A stretch of 64,000 nt of DNA, taken from positions 9,556 through 73,555 of IMG/VR virus record IMGVR_UViG_3300019776_000521; one strand, given 5' to 3'. Positions 38,160 to 47,852 of the stretch are shown piece after piece; the first letter of the stretch is position 1; the number at the start of each line of letters is the position of its first letter. The translations under genes and the position numbers were made by a program. Below the pieces are notes generated by a model. That model worked only from the letters and a program-made list of their open reading frames with translations. It had not been told where the DNA came from and ran no database searches. The stretch is from a virus.

Positions 38160-40124
38160 TTATTGCCTTGCTCTAAACACTGGTGGATAAACAGGATTGG
38201 GGTCTTTCCACAAGCCACGCTTTTCTTTACGTGCAGTGTTTTCTGCAATGTTGAGATCAACGTTCCTGAGAGTTTGCTGCGCAAACGCTTTGTACACCCA
38301 AGCTGCACCTTGCTCTACCATGGCATGGTCAAGACCTTTGCCTTCAATCTCAACCTGACAAATAGATCTACCGGCGTACTTGCCATCAGGACGAACAATT
38401 CTGATGTTCACTTCTTTGTTGAGAATCAGCTCTTCCAGACGTTTCTTCGATTCCTCTCCAAACGGCTGACCATTTTTGTTGTACTGCTTCTTTGCAGTCT
38501 CCGGTGCGTCGATCGTATCTATCCTGCAGTTGATTCCGTTTTCAGAAGAAAACGTGTCTCCATCAGCAACGTAGCTAACTACTGCTTTTACCCCGGTGCC
38601 TTTTGGAATAGCACCAGGAGCAGCTTTTACTGCGCTGACTGGTTGCTTCCATTTGACATCTTTGGGTAGCTCTATCGGATCAGTTTTAGCTACCGGAGAA
38701 CCATTGACAGGATTGAGAGCAAAGCCAGTCGAATCAGCTACGGCTGGCTTTGATTTTGACGAAGTAGAAAAACCGCTGTTGAAGCTAACAGCAGCTGGAG
38801 CCTCAGTTACCTCTTTTTTTTTTTCCGGTGCGCTTGTTTCAGCTTTTGCACTGGAGATAGCTCCGTACCTCTGAAATTCTTCGATCAGCGGATCAACGGC
38901 CAGAGTCTGAGGAACATCAATCAGACCACCTCGTCCAACAATCCTCTGTGTTGGTCCACTAACCTTTGGTTTAGGCAGCAGACTTTCAATCTTCTTATCA
39001 AAGCTGTCAGCGTAACCTTTGCTACCAAACCAGTTGGTATCAACTGAAGAAAGCAAAGCCGATTTCACAACACTAAGCGGAACAGGTACGTTGACTGTAA
39101 TCGGCTTTCCATCTTCACCAATGGTAGTCCGAGTGATACCATTTTTGGCAAGATTGGAAATTCTTTCCATCAGGTATGCACGACCGTTGCTGTCGTCTTT
39201 GCCACCAATTCCGTTAGTCTTTGCAATGGTAGCAAGCTCTACAAGACTGTCTGGAGTCAGCAGCCCACCTTTGTACACGTTGTCTTGTAACGCAAGATCT
39301 AGCTTCTTGACGTTTTGAGCAGCAGCACGTTCACGCTCTGCTCGGTCAGCAGTCAATCTTGAAGCGTTTGTTGAAGCTTCTGAAGCACTGATGCGGGCTT
39401 GTATTTCTTTTCGAACCAAGTCGGCATTGTTAACTGTGTTTTGAAGACTTTGGTTATCAAGACCAGCTTTGGTAACAGCAAGAGGTCGCAGCAAAGCACG
39501 TTGTGATTCTTCTGTGCCTCGACGAGTTTCTTCTGCTACTCGGCGCTTCTCTTCTTCAGTATCAAAACCAAACCTTGTTGAAGCACGATCTCGTTCTGTC
39601 AGAGTCTGCTGCCGCGTATCGATCGTCTTTGCCAGGTTCACGGCTTCCCGCAGATCAGGTCGAGCAGCCAGCATCTCGCCTGCACGCTTTGGATCCTGCA
39701 AAGCCATGAGGTTGATCGCACGAACGTCTGCTTCCTGAGCAGCATCCAGCATCGTGTTCTTGTACGTGATGCCTTGAACGTCACGCTGCTGGAGCGTATT
39801 AACGCGCCCATCACGAAGAGCATTCACTGCAGCCCGATCAATCACAGCGCCATTTGCAGCAACAGCTTGATCCAGTGCACCAGACCTGTTCAAAACGTTG
39901 AACTGGTCCACGTTTTCAGCTTGATAAATCTTGCTCAACGCATCTTGCGTAGCAGCTTGATCTTGTCGTTTCCACAAAGCCTGATCGAAAGTATCGCTTT
40001 CTTTGAGAGTGCTTTTCAGGCTGTCAAACGCTCCAGCAAAAGCCTGTTGCGCATAAGCAAGCGGACGACTGGCATCTGCCAGGGAAGGTCCGGTAACGGT
40101 ACGCCAAGTGATGGGGGTAGCCAT
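38160..40124 (-). CDS. N4 gp51-position putative ejection protein with C-terminal thermonuclease (SNase) domain
   Basis: Synteny and MATPITWR start; DGDT, RIDTIDAPE, QPFG, GKYAGR, MVEQGAAWVY, ARKEKRGLW. Confidence 0.88.
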   Translation of the reverse strand: MATPITWRTVTGPSLADASRPLAYAQQAFAGAFDSLKSTLKESDTFDQALWKRQDQAATQDALSKIYQAENVDQFNVLNRSGALDQAVAANGAVIDRAAVNALRDGRVNTLQQRDVQGITYKNTMLDAAQEADVRAINLMALQDPKRAGEMLAARPDLREAVNLAKTIDTRQQTLTERDRASTRFGFDTEEEKRRVAEETRRGTEESQRALLRPLAVTKAGLDNQSLQNTVNNADLVRKEIQARISASEASTNASRLTADRAERERAAAQNVKKLDLALQDNVYKGGLLTPDSLVELATIAKTNGIGGKDDSNGRAYLMERISNLAKNGITRTTIGEDGKPITVNVPVPLSVVKSALLSSVDTNWFGSKGYADSFDKKIESLLPKPKVSGPTQRIVGRGGLIDVPQTLAVDPLIEEFQRYGAISSAKAETSAPEKKKEVTEAPAAVSFNSGFSTSSKSKPAVADSTGFALNPVNGSPVAKTDPIELPKDVKWKQPVSAVKAAPGAIPKGTGVKAVVSYVADGDTFSSENGINCRIDTIDAPETAKKQYNKNGQPFGEESKKRLEELILNKEVNIRIVRPDGKYAGRSICQVEIEGKGLDHAMVEQGAAWVYKAFAQQTLRNVDLNIAENTARKEKRGLWKDPNPVYPPVFRARQ

Positions 40125-40750
40125 TATTTCACTCCGTTGCGCTGCATGTAAGAGCCAACAGACTCATACGCACCAGGATTGGATGCCACACGCGCTTTTT
40201 GCCGATCTTCCAGAGAAGAATTTGTGGTGGTCTTTTGAGCTTCAAAGTTGCGTTCAAACTGCGACTTGCTGTTTTCAAAAACGTCTTTAGCCAGGTTGTA
40301 CTGCTGCATGCCCATGTACAAGCTTCCAAGACCTTGAGCTGCACCAAGTGCCAAACCACCCCAGCCCTGCTGATCGCGTGAGCCAAGAAACCCGCTGTCT
40401 CGAAGGTAGCCGGTAATGCCTCCTCCACCGCTCCCAGCTGAAGAAAAGTCTCCCCATGCGCCAGGAATGCTGTTTGCACCAAAGATGCTGGTTCCATCCA
40501 ATGCTTGCTTGGATAGCGGGCTGACCATGTTGACCGGATCGTTGGGCATCATGGCTGGCTGATTGGTGTAGCCACCCCAGTCTCCCCACGCACCAGGAAC
40601 AGAATTGGCACCAAACGAATTGGTGCCATCCATGGTGTTTTTCTTGAACGTCTGCTGAGGAGTGAGCAATCGTGGATCGACTCGGGGAGGCAAGTAGTCC
40701 ATTCCATAACTTCCAGAACCCATAGGCTGGTAATCGTATTTGCTAGGCAT
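40124..40750 (-). CDS. N4 gp52-like virion/ejection protein
   Basis: Gly-rich hydrophobic segment then NFEAQK..TN..LEDRQ.AR; synteny. Confidence 0.75.
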   Translation of the reverse strand: MPSKYDYQPMGSGSYGMDYLPPRVDPRLLTPQQTFKKNTMDGTNSFGANSVPGAWGDWGGYTNQPAMMPNDPVNMVSPLSKQALDGTSIFGANSIPGAWGDFSSAGSGGGGITGYLRDSGFLGSRDQQGWGGLALGAAQGLGSLYMGMQQYNLAKDVFENSKSQFERNFEAQKTTTNSSLEDRQKARVASNPGAYESVGSYMQRNGVK

Positions 40751-42959
40751 AAGAGGAATCTCCTAACGTGTCTTTCAATTTGGGAAGGGTGAGTGCGACA
40801 TCCACGTAGTAGGAGATTGCAGTGATACCCAATGTTCCGATGTTACCGGAATGTACTGTTCGATTATAAAAGGCTTGCGGCTCTTCCCCAAATATGACAA
40901 TGGGAGCCAACAGATTATTGCTTTCAAGCAAGTCTTTGGCTTCATCAAGAAGCTTGGTTTGCTCTTGGGCATAGTTGAAAAAGTCAGCTTGTTCAGTCAT
41001 CAAGCCTTCCATTTTGGCTTGCATGATTGCTTGCTGAAGACCTGTAGAAAGCTGAAGCATTGCTTCGGCCCAGGGCGCTCCTTGTACACCGCCTGCTGTA
41101 ATGAGTTCATAACCGCCGTAAAGCAAGGCTATGAGCGCAACAACAGTGGCAAGCTCTGTACCAAACGCTTTGACAAACAACTTGAAGCCGACTGCCAACA
41201 GCTGGCCGACAACCAAGTTCACGACAATCGTGGCTATAAGACCTGCTGATCCAGTCAAGCCAAGTGCTGTTGCAATAAATGATCCACCGTCAGCACCATA
41301 GGTATAAACCGTAATGATGATGGCAACGATAACCAGCAATAATTGAAACAAACCAGTCTGATACCACTTTACTTCTGTAACTACCCTGCTGTTGAAAACA
41401 AAATGCAATGACCTTGCATACAGAGTTTCTCTGTCTGGAATTGGGTAAGTACTAGAAATACTCTTGTCGATCGGAATCAGCAAAATGTTGTCTGTTTCAT
41501 CTGCGGTAGTCGTGTACTCCCCGTATACGTAGTACGTCATCTTCAGGTTTGAAACTTGGATCTCTTCAAACAATCCAACAGCAATTTGCTTGCGATACGT
41601 GTGTGTGCCTGAAGGGATGCTTGTATAGGTTATGGCTCCAGTCTCAGAGTTCACAAACTCTGTCTGAACGTTAACTGATGAAAACAAACTGGTGTGCGTA
41701 CCAATAACACCAATGGAACCTGCAACAATTTTCTTGTAGATGCCTTCGTTAGACAAAGCCATCTTGAATTGTGAATCTTTGATGATCGACGCATTTCGTG
41801 ATACAGACCCATCACCAAATTTCGATTGAAGAGCGCTCAATGCTGGATAAGCCGTACCACCCATTGCGTAATGCATGGCGTCAAAATAGTCAAAAAGATA
41901 CCTGCACTCAATTTGGTTTGTAGATACTGCTGGTACACCCAGCATAAGCATGGCTTGCTCTACATCTGCAATATCCGGGTTATCGTCAATGGCTTCTGCC
42001 ATCAAATCAAAATCAATTCCCAAATACTTGACCATCTTTTTTGTGGTCAAGTACGCCTGAGTTGTTTTGTTTGAGATGACGGATTGCTTGTTGTACCGGA
42101 AGTACGCAAACGGAAAATAAGAGCCATTGACTGCAGGGCCATCGACAAACACATTGTCAAGGCTTGGGTAAGTACCAAGCTTGTTCTTGTACATCCAGTA
42201 TTTGGTCTGCCCTGAGAACGAATACTTTGCGTGAAAGTAATCTGCTGTGAAATCATATTCCTGCACAGACAGGACAAACGATTCTTCGCTCAATGGAGCG
42301 TTGGCTGAAGCCTTCCACACGTAAGTCACCTTGAGGTGCAAATCAGTGGCTGTAGGGCTTTTGTAGATCGGAGATGGTGGAGCAAGGGATACCACACCCC
42401 CAAGGCTTGCAAGACGCTCTGGCGTGTATCCAGAGGCTGCAGCGGTACCCCATTGATCCAGTGCACCAAGCTCAAATGAATCCGCCTGGTTTGCAGGGAC
42501 AACCACCACCATGTCTTTCAAATAGACAGGAGCGCCTTTCTGAGCAGAAAGTACGCTCATCTGATTTGTGGCTTGGCTGTAGCCATACTGGGAAACCAGC
42601 TTTGTCCAGCCAATATGCAGTGCATTTGGCGGACCATAGTGCGAGTACTCCATGAACACTTGTTGGCCTTCAAGCGTTTCAATGACTGCTTCGACCTGTA
42701 GGCGTCCCTGGGTAGAAGAGTACACATCTCCCGATGGCAAGCCGTAGACGTAGTGATCTTCGGCGTATCGGTACATGCGTTCAGCCCTTACGCCAACGCT
42801 TGCAGCCAACTCTTCCATTACAAAATCGGTCAGATCACCTTCATTGAAAAATGACTTGATGACCCCAGTCTTGATCGACTGAGGCATTGCGTCGTCTTTG
42901 ATAACTCGGGAGACAACCGTACCGACTGTAGTTCTGTAGCTGCTGCTGAACAGTCCCAT
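40743..42959 (-). CDS. N4 gp53-like virion protein
   Basis: MGLFSS start, VKWYQTG followed by hydrophobic helices; synteny. Confidence 0.8.
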   Translation of the reverse strand: MGLFSSSYRTTVGTVVSRVIKDDAMPQSIKTGVIKSFFNEGDLTDFVMEELAASVGVRAERMYRYAEDHYVYGLPSGDVYSSTQGRLQVEAVIETLEGQQVFMEYSHYGPPNALHIGWTKLVSQYGYSQATNQMSVLSAQKGAPVYLKDMVVVVPANQADSFELGALDQWGTAAASGYTPERLASLGGVVSLAPPSPIYKSPTATDLHLKVTYVWKASANAPLSEESFVLSVQEYDFTADYFHAKYSFSGQTKYWMYKNKLGTYPSLDNVFVDGPAVNGSYFPFAYFRYNKQSVISNKTTQAYLTTKKMVKYLGIDFDLMAEAIDDNPDIADVEQAMLMLGVPAVSTNQIECRYLFDYFDAMHYAMGGTAYPALSALQSKFGDGSVSRNASIIKDSQFKMALSNEGIYKKIVAGSIGVIGTHTSLFSSVNVQTEFVNSETGAITYTSIPSGTHTYRKQIAVGLFEEIQVSNLKMTYYVYGEYTTTADETDNILLIPIDKSISSTYPIPDRETLYARSLHFVFNSRVVTEVKWYQTGLFQLLLVIVAIIITVYTYGADGGSFIATALGLTGSAGLIATIVVNLVVGQLLAVGFKLFVKAFGTELATVVALIALLYGGYELITAGGVQGAPWAEAMLQLSTGLQQAIMQAKMEGLMTEQADFFNYAQEQTKLLDEAKDLLESNNLLAPIVIFGEEPQAFYNRTVHSGNIGTLGITAISYYVDVALTLPKLKDTLGDSSYA

Positions 42960-42977
42960 CTGATTTCCGATTCAGAA

Positions 42978-43009
42978 TAAAAAAATGGGGAGCGCAATGC
43001 TCCCCATTT
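42978..43009 (-). terminator. Rho-independent terminator
   Basis: AAATGGGGAGC/GCTCCCCATTT stem with a T run on the minus strand. Confidence 0.8.
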
Positions 43010-43023
43010 CAGAGATCAAATGC

Positions 43024-44193
43024 TTACGCATTCACACCCGTCAACAGCTTGTCCACTGCCCGACCTACGAACGTATCTGCCAGCTTGTTGGTCGAATCGG
43101 CCACAGTACCTTCGTCAGTAGTGCGACGAACGTTCCAGGTATCGACCATAAGCTTGGCGGCTTTCTGTTCGGCATCTCTGGTAAAACCAGAAGTCTGAGC
43201 CTGGTAAAGCAGCTTCTGACGACCCACAACGCTGTTGTCGTCCACACCCAGTGCAGTGACTTGAGCGCGTTCCGTAGCGACTTTCTGGCTGAGCAGAGAA
43301 GTCTCTTGAGCCGCCTTGAGCACATTGCCCATGGTGAGATCAAACTCTGCAGTGAGCTTGCATTGCTGAGCAGTAAGCACTGTGCCTTCGATGATGGCAT
43401 TGGCTTTCTGCTGTGTGATGAGTAGCGTTTGGGCTTCAATTTGAAGACTTTGAGTAACCAGGTTTGTCGTTTGCTGGATTGCCTGAGCCTTGTTGGCATC
43501 GATGAGCAAGCCTTGCTTTGGAATGTTGCTGGCTTCAGCAAGCAAGTTGGCAGTCTGCTGCGTCACTTGATTCTTCTGAGCAACCAGCACATCGCCTTGC
43601 TTGGGAACGTTCAACGTCTCTGCAGTAATCTGCGCAGCCTGTGCGTCAACACGCAGCTTGTCTGCAGCAAGATTGAGTTTCTGCTGAAGCTGCACTTCTT
43701 TTTGAGCATCAAGCAAGGTGCCTTGCTTGGGAATGTTGAGAAGCTCAGCAGCAACATTTGCAGTTTGAGCTTCAAGCTGAGTCTTTTGAGCAGTAACAAC
43801 CAGGGTTTCCTGAGCCAGCTTAATTCGCTGAGCAGTGGCTGTCAGTAGCTCGTCAACCAGGTTGGCTTTTTGTTGATTGATCAACAGCGTTTGAGCTTCG
43901 ATTTGTAGCTTTTCAGAAGCAGCTTTGTCGATCTGAGACTGAGCCAGCAGAATCTGTTTTTGCAGCAGCTGAGCTTCCAGATCGGTTTTTTCCTTGGTGA
44001 GCAGGAATTGCAGAGCCGTCTGCATCACCTGCGTCAAGGAGCCTAGATAGACCGTTGAATACTCTGCACCCTTGATTCGGTTCTTGTTGAACTCCGCTTC
44101 AAGGTGAGCCTTGTTGGCTCGCATCAGAACGTCAAAAACACCCGTTCCATCAAGGGTGGCTTGAGTCAGGTCTGCTACTGCAATTGTGGTCAT
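43024..44193 (-). CDS. N4 gp54-like structural protein
   Basis: GTGVFDVLM...HL..EF...RI.G.EY; Gln-rich coiled-coil repeats. Confidence 0.8.
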   Translation of the reverse strand: MTTIAVADLTQATLDGTGVFDVLMRANKAHLEAEFNKNRIKGAEYSTVYLGSLTQVMQTALQFLLTKEKTDLEAQLLQKQILLAQSQIDKAASEKLQIEAQTLLINQQKANLVDELLTATAQRIKLAQETLVVTAQKTQLEAQTANVAAELLNIPKQGTLLDAQKEVQLQQKLNLAADKLRVDAQAAQITAETLNVPKQGDVLVAQKNQVTQQTANLLAEASNIPKQGLLIDANKAQAIQQTTNLVTQSLQIEAQTLLITQQKANAIIEGTVLTAQQCKLTAEFDLTMGNVLKAAQETSLLSQKVATERAQVTALGVDDNSVVGRQKLLYQAQTSGFTRDAEQKAAKLMVDTWNVRRTTDEGTVADSTNKLADTFVGRAVDKLLTGVNA

Positions 44194-44217
44194 AGGGCTA
44201 TCCAGGCTTGGTGTTGC

Positions 44218-44790
44218 TTAGTCGATCGATTTGGCCATAGCTTGTCGCTGAGCCAGTTCCTGAAGCTCTTCAGGAGAAAGGTTTGGCAAGACTTCAATAG
44301 CAAATTCCTTGATCAGCTTGCCCTTGCGAGAAGAGTTCCCGCGAGCATCACGCACTGTGGTGAAGATCTGGCATTGACGCTGAACCAACTGGTTGTAGAT
44401 CACACGGGGAACATGCCAACCTTCTTCAGCATTGAAGGGCACGAACTTGGTGAACGAACCAATGAGGGAATTCCCGGCAGTGATGATCTCGCCTTCCCAT
44501 TCGGACTTGGCTGGATTCATGCAGGTCACGCGGATTCGCACAAGCTCGTTGGATTCACGCTTCTTGCGTGCACGGCGTTGCGATTCCGTTTCTTCAGCCA
44601 CTGCTACCACTTCAACAGCAGCAGGCTTGTCTTGTTTGTCGCTGGCAGTCGTGGCTGCGTTGACTTTCTCACGCAGCTTCTCCAGGCCAATCGAAGGGTG
44701 ATAGCTCAGACCCAGCAGATCAGCACGGGCCTTCAAAGAGGTCAACTCGTCTTGAGTGACCAAAGCATCATCGTTATCAATATCAGACAT
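44218..44790 (-). CDS. N4 gp55-like protein
   Basis: LKARADLLG...IGLEKLREK; RIRVTCMNP.K..W.GEI. Confidence 0.8.
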   Translation of the reverse strand: MSDIDNDDALVTQDELTSLKARADLLGLSYHPSIGLEKLREKVNAATTASDKQDKPAAVEVVAVAEETESQRRARKKRESNELVRIRVTCMNPAKSEWEGEIITAGNSLIGSFTKFVPFNAEEGWHVPRVIYNQLVQRQCQIFTTVRDARGNSSRKGKLIKEFAIEVLPNLSPEELQELAQRQAMAKSID

Positions 44791-44853
44791 TGCGGTTCCT
44801 TTGGATTACAAAAACAGAGGGGTGACCAGAATCAGCCACCCCTCCTTGCTTGC

Positions 44854-46248
44854 TTACATGCGAGCGACGGTCTTGATCAGGGCAAGACGTTCAGGGCGCA
44901 GAGCCATGAAGCCGTAGTACCACTTGATCGACATGAAGCCGGTCTCACCGTAAGGATCATTGCGATCAGCCGTAGCCTCGCCAGGAGCCTTGTGGGTAAT
45001 CTTGAACTTCACGGTCTTGCCATCGGTCTGGAAGCCGATCGTGGTGAACGACTCGTCGCCAACCACCAGAATCGGGAACACATCGTAGTGAACCCCGTTG
45101 TCGTAGTTGAGCGAATCGGTGACCAGTGCACCAGCACCGGACCACTTCATCATCTCGGGAACCACGACGATTCGGAACTGATCGACAGAGCCAACTTCAC
45201 CAGTGACGGTCGTCCCACCAGCTGCATACTTCTCCACGCCGATGAAAGCGGGGTTGTTATGCAGATCCTTCATGGCCTTGAAGGTCGGCAGCAGTTCCGT
45301 GCCGATGTAGGCAATGCGTGCAGCAGGCAGCGTCTTGGTGTCCACCAGGCGGGTACCCGTGATGACGGTGGTCATCTTGGGCGTGCGGTTGTTGTCGAGG
45401 TCAATCGACAGCCGCAGCAGATCGCCGTAGGTCACCAGGTCATTCGAGCCGATCTCGCTGTTCTGGGTGGCATCACCAGCGTACTTGATCACCCCAGCGG
45501 AGTTGATCAGGTCGATCTGCAGAGCGTCTTCGGTCATCTCGTTGGCGCCCATCACCATCTCGCGGTTGATGTGCATCATCAGTTCCGCGTCGGTGTCGAA
45601 GTCCAGAGACTCCTGGGTGTACTCATCGAAGAAGCCGAACTTCTCGATGGTGCCTTCGATTTCCTTGCGCTTGAAGCCAACCTTGTTGACCCGACCGCCC
45701 GTTTCCGAAAGAGCAGGCAGCTTGCCGCTGATGGTGCCGATGTCCTTGCTCGAACCGTACAGGTTGCCGGAACCTTGGGTACGGACAGAGTAAGGAACAG
45801 CGGCCAACACAGCAGCCGTCAGAGCCTGGGTCGAAGGAATCAGTTCCTTCTTGCTGGCGGTAACCGTCCAAGGGCTGGAAGCACCGCTCTTCACAGCGAC
45901 ACCGGCCTGAATGGCGTTGATGGCAGCAGCAGCAGCGGTTGCAGCAGCTTCCACCGTGTAGGTCTGAACCAGGCCAGCCAGGGTCACCGTGTAGGAAGTG
46001 GACGAAATTGCAACGCCAGCGGCATCAATGCCCTGATCGTTCAGGTTGGCGTCATCCAGCAGCGGCAGGTAGTGGTACCGCTTGATCTTCTTGCCCATGT
46101 TCTTGGGCATGGAGGTCACATCAGCCAGCTGGCTGAAGTACTGCTCTTTTTGAGCTTCGATCAGAGCTTTTTTCTGATAGAACTCGTTGACGATTTGGCT
46201 ACCAGCGCTCGAAGGCGTGGTCGGGGGGGCGTTGTACTTGATAGTCAT
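44854..46248 (-). CDS. Major capsid protein (N4 gp56-like)
   Basis: MPKNMGK.IK...Y.PLLDD.N.NDQGIDA, GNLYGSSKD, DPYGETGF.SIKWYYG. Confidence 0.95.
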   Translation of the reverse strand: MTIKYNAPPTTPSSAGSQIVNEFYQKKALIEAQKEQYFSQLADVTSMPKNMGKKIKRYHYLPLLDDANLNDQGIDAAGVAISSTSYTVTLAGLVQTYTVEAAATAAAAAINAIQAGVAVKSGASSPWTVTASKKELIPSTQALTAAVLAAVPYSVRTQGSGNLYGSSKDIGTISGKLPALSETGGRVNKVGFKRKEIEGTIEKFGFFDEYTQESLDFDTDAELMMHINREMVMGANEMTEDALQIDLINSAGVIKYAGDATQNSEIGSNDLVTYGDLLRLSIDLDNNRTPKMTTVITGTRLVDTKTLPAARIAYIGTELLPTFKAMKDLHNNPAFIGVEKYAAGGTTVTGEVGSVDQFRIVVVPEMMKWSGAGALVTDSLNYDNGVHYDVFPILVVGDESFTTIGFQTDGKTVKFKITHKAPGEATADRNDPYGETGFMSIKWYYGFMALRPERLALIKTVARM

Positions 46249-46263
46249 AGGAATCCTTCGTGG

Positions 46264-47439
46264 TTACAGAAATTGTTTGTTGACCAACTTGCTGAATTCT
46301 TCGTCCGACAGTGACAAAGGATTGAAGTCCTTGTTTGTCGAGCTTGGAGCAGCAGGCTTAGTGGAGCTTGCAGCTCGCCTTTTGTCTTTCAGTTTGTCTT
46401 CATCTTCCTTCTTCGGTTTCGGAGTCACCACCACTGGCTTGGCTGCTGGTTGCCCTTGAGCTTGGGAGCTACCCTTGCTCAAGTGGTTAAACGCACCCTT
46501 GGCGTGTAGTGAATCACCGACTTGCCGGTAGGCTTCGATGTCGGACAATCCATTCAAGCGACCAAACACGCGCTCGCTTTCAACCTCTTTGCTGATGATG
46601 TCGTAAATGCCACTTTCAACATGGCCATTGATGACTTTCAGCAGTTGAGGCGATCCAGCGATCACCTGTTTGCTTGCACCGTCCCACTTAGTGCTAACAA
46701 TTTCGAGAGTCCGGTTGTACGAAGGCGTGCCCTGAAGTTCATCAAGCACCGTATCCAGTTCAATCTCACGATCGTCAACAGTGTAAGCAGTCTGTTTGTA
46801 TCCGCTTGCTTTCTCAGCGTCAAAATCCATAGGATCAATGCCGCTGTCTTTGACCAGCTTGTTGATTGCTGCTGGATTTTTCTTTTCCAGGTCAATCAGA
46901 AAGCCGATCTTATCTTCGCTCAAAAGACCGTTGTTTTCCAACAGCTTCATGAGTTTCAGATTCGGTTTGAGAGCCGCCATCTTCTTGTTGTAGTTGGCTC
47001 CCATCTGCATCAGGGCAATTGCATCGTCAACACTGTTGACGTTGATCTCACGCCCGTTTGCTTTGAATGGAGCCAGAAGACGCTTGTACTCTGCCTCAAA
47101 ATCAATGGTTTCTTCCTTCGGCTTTTCAGGATCTTCATCCTTCTTCTCGCCTTCAGGCTTTTCAGACTCAGGAGCTTTTTCCTCCGAGTCTTTTTTCTCA
47201 GTTTCACCGGCTTCGTCCACTTCCTCCTCTGCCACCTTGTCGGTGGCATCGTCGTCAGCGTCCGTCGCCTTGGATTCGGTATCTGCAGCTTCAGCCACGG
47301 GGGCTTCGTCAGCAGGCGGTTCGTCTTTTGCAGCCACTTCTTCCTTGGGCTGCTCAGCAACACCAGGCCCCTGGCTGTTCATGATCTCTTCGTCGGACAT
47401 GCCCAGGTAAGAGGGCTGTTCATTGGTCGGATCAGCCAT
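46264..47439 (-). CDS. N4 gp57-like protein (scaffold; often annotated tape measure)
   Basis: Acidic N-terminus, PFKANG, LMQMGANY.KKM, C-terminal LSDEEF. Confidence 0.85.
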   Translation of the reverse strand: MADPTNEQPSYLGMSDEEIMNSQGPGVAEQPKEEVAAKDEPPADEAPVAEAADTESKATDADDDATDKVAEEEVDEAGETEKKDSEEKAPESEKPEGEKKDEDPEKPKEETIDFEAEYKRLLAPFKANGREINVNSVDDAIALMQMGANYNKKMAALKPNLKLMKLLENNGLLSEDKIGFLIDLEKKNPAAINKLVKDSGIDPMDFDAEKASGYKQTAYTVDDREIELDTVLDELQGTPSYNRTLEIVSTKWDGASKQVIAGSPQLLKVINGHVESGIYDIISKEVESERVFGRLNGLSDIEAYRQVGDSLHAKGAFNHLSKGSSQAQGQPAAKPVVVTPKPKKEDEDKLKDKRRAASSTKPAAPSSTNKDFNPLSLSDEEFSKLVNKQFL

Positions 47440-47779
47440 TGCTCACCTCCTCGGCCAGCAGCTCGTCACGGGTTTCTTCATCGGAAGCGATTGCCTTGCG
47501 AGCAATTGCTGCTTTGTGGGCCACCGTGTGAAAGTATTGACTCACGGCTCCAATGGCATCGATCTGAGCGACGATCGCCTTTTGCATGTCGGCGCTTTGA
47601 AAGCTTTGATCGGCTTTCAGATGAACCAGACGAATGGCTTCTTGCTCGAAGTAGCCTTCCATCACAACACGCTTGAAATCACGATTGGTTTTGAGACGCT
47701 CAAGCGCCTCACCCAGATCGGAAATCTTCCGTGCGTGTTTGATGTTCTCTTCAATCGCTTGGATTGTTTCGTTACTCAT
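47432..47779 (-). CDS. N4 gp58-like protein
   Basis: LERL..N.DFK.V..EGYF..EA.RLV; between portal and gp57. Confidence 0.8.
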   Translation of the reverse strand: MSNETIQAIEENIKHARKISDLGEALERLKTNRDFKRVVMEGYFEQEAIRLVHLKADQSFQSADMQKAIVAQIDAIGAVSQYFHTVAHKAAIARKAIASDEETRDELLAEEVSNG

Positions 47780-47852
47780 TGATCTACCAGTGCTTTCTAA
47801 AGTTAATAGAGGTTAGGGCAGTTAATTACCCATACCCCGTACTATATATCTT

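Noticed and set aside
38093-38308. Listed 72-aa N-terminal extension of vRNAP
   Set aside because: Overlaps the upstream gene and a terminator, and contains cysteines absent from the rest; start 38092 preferred.
44104-46314. 736-aa plus-strand ORF antisense to the capsid gene
   Set aside because: Shadow of a strongly codon-biased gene; no recognisable motifs.
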